DNA of 64,000 nt from Candidatus Magasanikiibacteriota bacterium. GTDB taxonomy: Bacteria > Patescibacteriota > Patescibacteriia > Magasanikbacterales > JACTTX01. The DNA lies in contig JACTTX010000002.1 in the NCBI GenBank assembly GCA_015661005.1, positions 856 through 64,855 of the forward strand, read 5' to 3'. The notes under the pieces are model-generated. The model searched no databases. It saw only the letters and a list, made by a program, of their open reading frames with translations, and was not told the DNA's origin. Within the stretch, counting starts at the first letter, position 1. Every line of letters starts with the position of its first letter. The position numbers and the translations under genes were made by a program. This document shows positions 47,709-54,751 of the stretch, in pieces.

Positions 47709-48785
47709 TCACAAATATTGTTCCATCCCCCGTTTCTTCAATTCTTCCACAATATCTTTGACCTCCGCCACCCGATCTAGCGGCACCACCAAAAGCGCGT
47801 CCGGCGTGTCCACAATCACCAGATTATCAACGCCGACGGCGGTAACAACTTTCCCTTCCGGCGCATAAATCAAGGAACAAGTGGTGTCTTTGTGAATCAC
47901 AGCGCCGCGCGTTACCACATCCGAATGCGACGTGGCCAAGAGTTTCCGCACCAGCGACCACTTCCCAATGTCCGACCAGCCGACGGCGTTGGAAGTGCTC
48001 ATGATTAAGTCCGGCGCGCTGTGCGTGATGGCCGACTCAATCGTGATTGGAGAAAGCGTGGCAAAAAGTTCCCGCGCCCGCTCAAAATTATTTTGGCGTT
48101 GCGCATGGACCGCTTGTTCCACGATCATGGCCATCTCCGGACGCAACTCGCGAAACAAATTCCAAATGGCGCCGAGCCGCCAAACGTACATGCCGGTGTG
48201 AGCAAAATACCGGCCGCTCGCCACCAACTCTTCGCAAAATTCCTGCGACGGTTTTTCCACCCAGCGTTTGACGGTAAAGAGCGCCTCTTCTCCACCGTCG
48301 CTGACGCGGTCTCCCATTTCCAAATAACTGAAGCCAACGTCAACGTGACGGGGCAGGACCGCCGGTGTGACAATCGCGTCAGGATTTTTTTTAATGTAAT
48401 TTTCCGCCAGCCGCAACATTGCCGCAAAGGCCTCCACGTTCACAATGGCGTCATCCGAGGGCAGGGTGGCCACAATGGTTTCCGCGCCCCAAAGATCAAT
48501 CAGAGAAGCCACTTCAAAAGCAATCGCCGGGCCGGTATTGCGCATCTGCGGCTCTTCAATAATTTGCACGCGCGGATCGGGAATGAGCGCCCGCACGCGC
48601 GGGCTAAAATTAACATTGCTCGTGACGGCAATACTTTCCGGCGACGCAAAATGTGAAACGCGATCAAACGTTTCTTCAAGAAGCGTCCGCTCGGAGATGA
48701 GCGGCAAAAATTGCTTGGGATTATTTTGGCGGGAGAGCGGCCAGAGCCGACTGCCTGAACCGCCGGCGCGAATCACGACGTTCAT
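47709..48785 (-). CDS. manC: mannose-1-phosphate guanylyltransferase
   Basis: VIRAGGSGSRLWPLSR..PKQF nucleotidyltransferase N-terminus; 358 aa. Confidence 0.8.
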   Translation of the reverse strand: MNVVIRAGGSGSRLWPLSRQNNPKQFLPLISERTLLEETFDRVSHFASPESIAVTSNVNFSPRVRALIPDPRVQIIEEPQMRNTGPAIAFEVASLIDLWGAETIVATLPSDDAIVNVEAFAAMLRLAENYIKKNPDAIVTPAVLPRHVDVGFSYLEMGDRVSDGGEEALFTVKRWVEKPSQEFCEELVASGRYFAHTGMYVWRLGAIWNLFRELRPEMAMIVEQAVHAQRQNNFERARELFATLSPITIESAITHSAPDLIMSTSNAVGWSDIGKWSLVRKLLATSHSDVVTRGAVIHKDTTCSLIYAPEGKVVTAVGVDNLVIVDTPDALLVVPLDRVAEVKDIVEELKKRGMEQYL

Positions 48786-48791
48786 ATTGGG

Positions 48792-49424
48792 CTACGCCTT
48801 ATTAAACGACGGCGTAGGCAATGCTTTACCCAATATATAAGCAGTGATGACGCCAAGTGTCAACCCGCCGATGATGTCCAACGGATAATGCACACCGACA
48901 AAAATGCGCCCCAGTCCAACCAACGCCGCGGCCAAAATAAACCAACGCCCCAATTTTTTGTCCAAAAAATGAATCGCGAAAGCTAAAGCGAAAGCAACCG
49001 TGGCATGACCGGACGGAAAAGATTTTTCCGCTGGCGATTTTTCTATGAGCTGATGAACACCGGGGAGCGCGACGAACGGCCGTGGCCGAAACTTGAAGGC
49101 GCCAATCATAATATTCACGCCGTAAGCGATGGTCACAATCAAAACGACTTTAACTAAGGTTTGCAAAAAAAAATGCGCACCGAATTTTTTCCAATAGGTG
49201 CACAAAAAAACAATCAGACCTACGCCCATCACCATTATTAAATACTTGGCGAAAAAAATTCCCGCCAAGTCCAAAACACGCAAGCGTCCGGCCAATTCAT
49301 TGATGGCACGGAAAAGAATGATATCAAGAATCATAATTAATATTGTACCACAAAAAAAGAAAACCGGCCTGTCTGGAAAATTATTCCAAAAGAGGCCGGT
49401 GTTGTATGCGGGAAACGCACCCAC
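48792..49424 (-). CDS. PAP2-family phosphatase (undecaprenyl-diphosphatase-like)
   Basis: KFRPRPF, PSGHAT and GRIFVGVHYPLDI form the KxxxxxxRP/PSGH/SRxxxxxHxxxD triad. Confidence 0.8.
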   Translation of the reverse strand: MGAFPAYNTGLFWNNFPDRPVFFFCGTILIMILDIILFRAINELAGRLRVLDLAGIFFAKYLIMVMGVGLIVFLCTYWKKFGAHFFLQTLVKVVLIVTIAYGVNIMIGAFKFRPRPFVALPGVHQLIEKSPAEKSFPSGHATVAFALAFAIHFLDKKLGRWFILAAALVGLGRIFVGVHYPLDIIGGLTLGVITAYILGKALPTPSFNKA

Positions 49425-49995
49425 TCGCGTTCCTGCACACTCTCCTTAGCCGCAGTTGACCCGCCGCGGCAAAAAAGTTACCACCTTCCTGCTTCTGGGG
49501 TGTTCGGTATCAGGCGTCAAAGACGCGGGCGCGTGATGTGCTCCCGAAAGAGCGGCGCGTTTATGGATTGCCGAAACACGAACGATCCTCGACTCAAAGA
49601 TCGCTAAACCGGAACAGAGAAGGTAAGGGGAAAAATTCATACAGCCAGATTCTGATGAGCGGGGACTTAACGGCGCGCAATCTCCTGGAAGTCCTGTGAA
49701 ACATTAGCGGCCAAAACTGTCGTGCCCTCAATAAACCATTTGGAGAACTGGGTCATCAAGATTGTGTGTAAAAATAGTCCGGCCAGCACTCCGCCAAAAA
49801 AAATCGCGATGACGGGCAAGCGTTTATAAACATGGCGCTTGAAAAATTTGTAAAAAAAGAATGGGCGGCGTTTTGATTTCATACGAGGTCTCCGTATGAT
49901 CCACGCTCCCATTCAGCGTCAGACCGATTTTGCGCCTAAATCACGTTAACAAAATATAGTATACCAGAAAAAATCGCTTTTGTCAAAATCTATTT

Positions 49996-50550
49996 TCAAT
50001 CACGATGGCACAAATTGTTAATCTGCTGCCTAATCCCATAACCGCGACAATGTTTCAGCACCCCCAGATACGATTGCAGACTTTGTTCAAACGCTCCATT
50101 TTCCAACAAACCTTGATTAAACTTTTCATATTTAATCTTCAAACGCTTCAATAACCGCCGCTTGGTCTTGGTTCTAAGAATTGTATAATGCGGGAACGTC
50201 ACATAACCCAAAAAATCAACGCCTTGATGCCACTTGCGGAGTACGATTTTTTTAGGGTGTAGCGTTAATTGCAGGTTGCTCTCTAAAAAATCCCGAATCA
50301 TTATGGTAATACTTTCTAAAAATATCTTGCTCCGCGCGATTACCACGATATCATCGGCATACCGAATATAATTTTGAAAGCCAAACCGTTTGGTGATAAA
50401 CTGATCCAGTTCATCGAGATAGATATTTGAGAACAGCTGACTGGTGAGATTCCCGAGCGGTATTCCCTTTCCTGGTTGGTTATGAAAGCTGTATACAATC
50501 TTTTCAATCAGTCCCATCAGCTTTTCGTCAGCAACGCGCCGCCTAATCAC
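49996..50550 (-). CDS. diversity-generating retroelement (DGR) reverse transcriptase, apparently 5'-truncated (motifs 4-7 and thumb only)
   Basis: GIPLGNLTSQLFSNIY carries the DGR-specific xGxxxSQ variant of RT motif 4. Motif 5 YADD (YIRYADDIVVIA) and motifs 6/7 plus thumb are present. The ORF starts with GTG directly after the TR hairpin, with an in-frame TAA four codons upstream. No fingers or motif A (N-terminal palm) region was found. Confidence 0.75.
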   Translation of the reverse strand: MIRRRVADEKLMGLIEKIVYSFHNQPGKGIPLGNLTSQLFSNIYLDELDQFITKRFGFQNYIRYADDIVVIARSKIFLESITIMIRDFLESNLQLTLHPKKIVLRKWHQGVDFLGYVTFPHYTILRTKTKRRLLKRLKIKYEKFNQGLLENGAFEQSLQSYLGVLKHCRGYGIRQQINNLCHRD

Positions 50551-50571
50551 CCCGGCCGTTTAGCGCCGGGG
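50550..50571 (-). promoter_or_regulatory. GC hairpin between TR and RT
   Basis: Minus strand CCCCGGC-gcuaaacg-GCCGGGG lies immediately 3' of the TR and immediately before the RT start, the usual position of the DGR TR-associated stem-loop. Confidence 0.5.
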
Positions 50572-50577
50572 CAAAGA

Positions 50578-50698
50578 CTTCGGGAGAAAGAGACACCAAG
50601 ATTGTCATTGGAGTTGTCCGGTTTCCGGTTGTTGACGTTCGCGCCATCGGCATTGAAGTTGCCAACGTTCACCAGCTTCCCATTAGACGAGCGGCGCT
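50578..50698 (-). repeat. DGR template repeat (TR), non-coding, AAY-codon-rich
   Basis: About 121 bp that is ~75% identical to the 3' ends of genes 50921..53770 and 53782..54747. Read in frame with the VRs it gives RRSSNGKLVNVGNFNADGANVNNRKPDNSNDNLGVSFSRS, with 13 AAC/AAT/AAA/AAG codons. Roughly 30 mismatches to each VR, all but 1-2 at TR adenines (coding strand). Confidence 0.85.
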
Positions 50699-50920
50699 CT
50701 CTACACCTCTCCTATCCAGGGCAAGGACAAGCGGCCAAATAAGGCCGGATGCTGTATGAGCATGTAGCGGCAGCCCGGTCGCCTCAAGCGACCAGATCCG
50801 CATGAGAAAAGTGTAAGCAGTCTTTAGATATTGGCGAGGCGCATCCGTGAACGCGCCTTCATTAGCCGAGATTAGTATACCGAAACCAAATCAAAGTTTC
50901 AAGACTCAAAGTTCAAAGTT

Positions 50921-53770
50921 TCAATGACTGCGGGAGAAAGAGACGCCAAGACCGACATCGGAGTCGCCCGGCGCCCGGTCGCTGACGAGCGCGCCACCGG
51001 CATCGAAGCGGCCAACGAGCACCAGCCCCCCACCAGACGAGCGGCGGTTAGTCCATGTAAACTTATCCTCTAATAAACGGCTGTTAGTTTCAAAATACAT
51101 TAAAAGATCATACAATACTTCGGTCGGCGATTGCCGAGTAAGTTGATTTATTTTTAAGTCACCAAGTTTTTGAGCATACTTTGGCCAGTCACTGCTTTCG
51201 AGCAATACTTGTATCTCCGAATCACTCTTGCCCTGAAAATTTTGCGCGTAATAGCGCTCAAACTCGTCAATGGCGTCTTGATATTCCTGTGGCCTGGCGG
51301 CGGAGTCCTTAAAAACTTCATCAATTACATATCTGACCAGTTCCTGCGTTTGTTGAAGATAGTTCTTACTGGTTGAATTTGGAATATTTTCTTTACTCGT
51401 CAGCGCCCAGCGTACTTCCGACGTGTCGGTTTTATAAAATTTTTCGTTTGGATACCAATCTACTTTATACAGCACTTTTCCTTTCTTGCCTTTTTCAAAT
51501 TTATCTCCCAAAAGTTTATTCATCTTCTTCATGGTCAGCGGAGCATGGTCTGACGTCTTGTCAACGCGAAGCACTAAAAATTGGCCAAGCTCTTTTGCCA
51601 GTTCAAGGTCGGCTTCGGAAAAAGGAATCTCCGGAATTTCCTTGGTGTCCAATTTGATGCCAAAGGTCGCTTCCACCGCCTCTTGGCCCAAAAAATCGGA
51701 ACCCATAATTTCTGCCGCGCGTTCCAAACTGACTTCGTTTTCTTTCCCTTTGCGCCTTTCAGGCATCTTGGCCCCTTGCTTGTACAACGATAAGACGGGC
51801 TCATTGGTATCCTTGGTGACGCCAAGGAACTCATATACTTTTCCATCGGTATGTCTGATAAAATGACCCTCGCGTGCTTTGAAATCAGGCGTATAGCGTA
51901 CCCCGCCGATATCAAGCGAAGTAATAATATACTCTATCCGCTCTCCATCCTCATTCACCAAATAACTTTCAGCCACTTCCGCCTCCTCCGTTAACACCTT
52001 TTCGTATTTTACCCGCGGCGACAAGAGACCTATATCAACGGCTGTTAAATTTTCAAACTGCCGATCTTCATCCCGGGCGGGATTGTCAACATCAATAGCA
52101 AAATTTTTTAAAAATTCTTTTACCAATATTCGATCCTCGTTCGGGTAAGCGGCGCGATCCAAAAATTGCGTTTTTAACTTTTTGCCAATGAAACTTTCTA
52201 AACTCATGGCGCGACCGAGCGCTCCATACTCCTTAAGCCAACCAAGCACGGTGCCTATGTCAATAATTAAATCTTTAACATACTGCGCGTCCCCCTTGGC
52301 CTTTAATACGGTCTCACGATGTGAGAATGATTTGTTCAGCTCGTTTAAGGCATTGGCAAAACGCCAGAGATACCCCCCGCCGTTGGTTAGTTCACGTGTT
52401 TGCACATTCGCTTTCACCATTTTCCCCGCGCGTTCAATATTCTTTTTCTTCTCTTTATAGATATACGCCGGGATCACTTCAGATTTTGCCACGCGCATCC
52501 GTCCATTTTCGTCAATCAACGCGGCGAGCATCATTTCATAAATTTCCGGATCATCTCCGCTTTGTGGCGGATAATCCAAATCAACCTTGGCGAATTTGCG
52601 GAGCACTTCCGGCGGAATCTTTTTGCGCTCATAACGTTGCGAGGCCAAATTAACCATGGCGCAGTAGAGAAAATCCAAAGCGACGGTTACTTCCTCATTC
52701 GTTACCGGCATGCGGACGCGCTTGCCCGGGGTCCAAGCGGCGATCCGCGCCAACCTCTCGGTTTGTTCCGCCGACCCGAGCAGGTTAAACTCGTCATCAG
52801 CCACAATCCGACCGCGGTGCACGGGTTCGCCATCAAGCGTACTTGTTTTCCCCGTTACCGCTTCACCAATTTCCTTATATTCGTAATAAGTTCTGCCATC
52901 GGGAGCAATTTTTGGTTTGGCGATAAGATCTTGGAACCGCACATCCTTGCCGGGCGTTTCGTTATTGACGCGTTTAGTCAGGATGATGGCCGCTTGTTCA
53001 ACTAAACGAGTTTTCCCCGTACCGGATTCACCGGAAAGTAGCACCGGCTTGCCCGAAAGCGCCGCCAATTCCATTTCTTCCAAAAACTCACGACGCGAAG
53101 GCGACCAAATAAAATTATCGCGCCGCAGTTGCCCCGAGTATCCTTTGAGCGTTTCATATTCCACAAGACCGCCGAGTTCGGGATTGGTAGTTACCAAATC
53201 CCGCAGTCGTTCACGATTTGCGGAGAGCTGCCGCTTATTAGTTTCAAACATCAAGACCTCAATCTCATCGGCGGCGCCGCTACGACCCGCAAACATTTGC
53301 CGCACTGATGCGTCAAAAGCATTCTCTGCCACCTTAATTTGCTTGTCTAACGCCAGATATTTTTCATAATTGCCGTTGATTGAATCAATTTCCTTGAGAT
53401 ACCGCTTAGAGCCGACCAGATATGCCTCTCTAGTTTTCTTGTCTTCATATAAATTTTTTAAAATTGACAAGCCATTTTTCATTTTGGAAATTTCCACAGC
53501 GCCCGCCTTGACTTTTCTTCCGCTGACCAAACCCTTGATCTCTTGGAAAGCGGCCCACAGCGATTCTGCTCGCTGTTCGGGAGAAAGATACGAAAAATCT
53601 GCCGTACTTGCAGATATCTTTGCCAGCCCGGAAATCTGGTTGCATTGCTCGATCAACAAACCTACCGGATCACTTTTGATTTTCTCCGGCTTACCTAATG
53701 GCGCTCTCTCCAAACTGCTAAATTGTATTCCTCGTTCTGCCATACGATAAATCAAAGTTTCAAGACTCAA
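50921..53770 (-). CDS. AAA+ (MoxR/AAA_5-like) ATPase-containing multidomain protein with DGR-diversified C-terminal ligand-binding domain
   Basis: 949 aa. Walker A GKPVLLSGESGTGKTRL and Walker B IVADDEFNLL of the AAA_5 type. The C-terminal ~300 aa are paralogous to gene 53782..54747. The extreme C-terminus (...GLGVSFSRSH) is VR1. Confidence 0.75.
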   Translation of the reverse strand: MSLETLIYRMAERGIQFSSLERAPLGKPEKIKSDPVGLLIEQCNQISGLAKISASTADFSYLSPEQRAESLWAAFQEIKGLVSGRKVKAGAVEISKMKNGLSILKNLYEDKKTREAYLVGSKRYLKEIDSINGNYEKYLALDKQIKVAENAFDASVRQMFAGRSGAADEIEVLMFETNKRQLSANRERLRDLVTTNPELGGLVEYETLKGYSGQLRRDNFIWSPSRREFLEEMELAALSGKPVLLSGESGTGKTRLVEQAAIILTKRVNNETPGKDVRFQDLIAKPKIAPDGRTYYEYKEIGEAVTGKTSTLDGEPVHRGRIVADDEFNLLGSAEQTERLARIAAWTPGKRVRMPVTNEEVTVALDFLYCAMVNLASQRYERKKIPPEVLRKFAKVDLDYPPQSGDDPEIYEMMLAALIDENGRMRVAKSEVIPAYIYKEKKKNIERAGKMVKANVQTRELTNGGGYLWRFANALNELNKSFSHRETVLKAKGDAQYVKDLIIDIGTVLGWLKEYGALGRAMSLESFIGKKLKTQFLDRAAYPNEDRILVKEFLKNFAIDVDNPARDEDRQFENLTAVDIGLLSPRVKYEKVLTEEAEVAESYLVNEDGERIEYIITSLDIGGVRYTPDFKAREGHFIRHTDGKVYEFLGVTKDTNEPVLSLYKQGAKMPERRKGKENEVSLERAAEIMGSDFLGQEAVEATFGIKLDTKEIPEIPFSEADLELAKELGQFLVLRVDKTSDHAPLTMKKMNKLLGDKFEKGKKGKVLYKVDWYPNEKFYKTDTSEVRWALTSKENIPNSTSKNYLQQTQELVRYVIDEVFKDSAARPQEYQDAIDEFERYYAQNFQGKSDSEIQVLLESSDWPKYAQKLGDLKINQLTRQSPTEVLYDLLMYFETNSRLLEDKFTWTNRRSSGGGLVLVGRFDAGGALVSDRAPGDSDVGLGVSFSRSH
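50924..51047 (-). repeat. DGR variable repeat 1 (VR1) at the 3' end of the AAA+ gene
   Basis: Aligns to the TR with substitutions confined to positions where the TR has A on the coding strand. A shared non-A difference near the 3' end (GGC/CGC in VR versus GGT/CGA in TR) is consistent with IMH versus IMH*. Confidence 0.85.
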
Positions 53771-53781
53771 AGTTCAAAGTT

Positions 53782-54747
53782 TCAATGACTGCGGGAGAAA
53801 GAGACGCCAAGATTGCCATAGGAGCTGTCCGGCGGCCGGTCGAAGACGCCCGCGCCACCGGCATCGAAGTCGCCAACGTCCACCAGCCTCCCATTAGACG
53901 AGCGGCGCTTGGTCCAAGTGTAATCTGTCTCTAAAATCTTCGTTCCGGTATTTTGAAAATGAATGAGCATATCATACAGAGCGTCAGCCGGAGATTGCCT
54001 AGTAAGTTCATTAAGCTGTAATTCTGAAAGTTCCTTGGCATAACGCTCCCATTCGCTATCTAATAATTGTTTGATTTGCTCGGGTGTTTTGCCTTGAAAA
54101 TTGCGATCATAGTACGTTTGAAATTCATTGATCGCGGCCTGATATTGGGGTGGCAGATCCTGGTCTTTAAAAACTTCTTCAGTCAGATATTGGATTAAGG
54201 CCTGTGTTTGTTCTACATAGTTTTTGCTCTTTGAATCCGAGATGAGAGTCCGCGATGAGAGCGCCCAAGTTGCTTGAGGCGTTTCGGTGGTAAAAAATTC
54301 TGATTTTATTTTCCACCCTTCCTTTGTATCATACAATACCTTGCCCTTCCCGGCTTGGGAAAAATCAGCTTGTAAGAGTTCGTGCATTTTCCGCATGGTG
54401 AGTGGTTGACCATCTGGGGCTTTATCCGCGCGAAGCACTAAAAACTGCCCCAGCTCCTTGGCTCGTTCCAAATCTACTTTTAAAAATGGAATCTCCGGTA
54501 TTTGCTCTCGCGCCAGCCGAATACCGAACGCTTTTTCCACCGCTTCTGGTCCAAAAAAATTCTCCCGACCGATAATTGTTTCGGCCTGTTCCATCGTCAG
54601 TTTCTCGCCTCTTTTAAATTCCGGTTGCTTGTGCTTCTCCGGCCCGCCGAGTTTAGCTACTTCAGCGGTACTTAAAACTTTAAAATGGGACGATAAAGCG
54701 TCTTTAGTAATAACAAATGGTCGGTTTGATTTCAGACCTTCACGCAT
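53782..54747 (-). CDS. stand-alone paralog of the variable C-terminal domain (DGR target 2)
   Basis: 321 aa aligning to residues ~640-949 of the AAA+ protein (FGPEAVEKAFGIRLA...EIPEIPF...AKELGQFLVLR...KNY.EQTQ....DVGDFDAGGAGVFDRPPDSSYGNLGVSFSRSH). Its 3' end is VR2. Confidence 0.7.
   Translation of the reverse strand: MREGLKSNRPFVITKDALSSHFKVLSTAEVAKLGGPEKHKQPEFKRGEKLTMEQAETIIGRENFFGPEAVEKAFGIRLAREQIPEIPFLKVDLERAKELGQFLVLRADKAPDGQPLTMRKMHELLQADFSQAGKGKVLYDTKEGWKIKSEFFTTETPQATWALSSRTLISDSKSKNYVEQTQALIQYLTEEVFKDQDLPPQYQAAINEFQTYYDRNFQGKTPEQIKQLLDSEWERYAKELSELQLNELTRQSPADALYDMLIHFQNTGTKILETDYTWTKRRSSNGRLVDVGDFDAGGAGVFDRPPDSSYGNLGVSFSRSH
53785..53909 (-). repeat. DGR variable repeat 2 (VR2)
   Basis: Same TR-derived segment. 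All mismatches to the TR but one fall at TR adenines. The 3' flank is identical to that of VR1 for ~45 nt (AACTTTGAACTTTGAGTCTTGAAACTTTGATTT after the stop). Confidence 0.85.
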
Positions 54748-54751
54748 AAAA

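Noticed and set aside
49430-49530. Possible SRP (4.5S) RNA because of an AGCAGGAAGG segment
   Set aside because: The order of GGAA and AGCAGC elements is opposite to the SRP domain IV consensus and no complementary helix 8 strand was found.
49595-49665. Hammerhead-ribozyme-like CUGAUGAG ... GAAAC spacing
   Set aside because: The required stem II closing pairs do not form (GCGG versus UGU), and no stem I/III partners were found, so this is likely a chance match.
50547-50711. Initially read as a C-terminal pseudogene remnant of a third paralog disrupted by a group II intron
   Set aside because: The strict adenine-specific mismatch pattern versus the two intact gene ends, its AAY-codon richness, and its position directly upstream of an RT with the LGNLTSQ motif identify it as a DGR template repeat, not a decayed gene. 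The RT lacks the group II QGxxxSP motif, and no intron domain V/VI sequence is present around 49850..49996.
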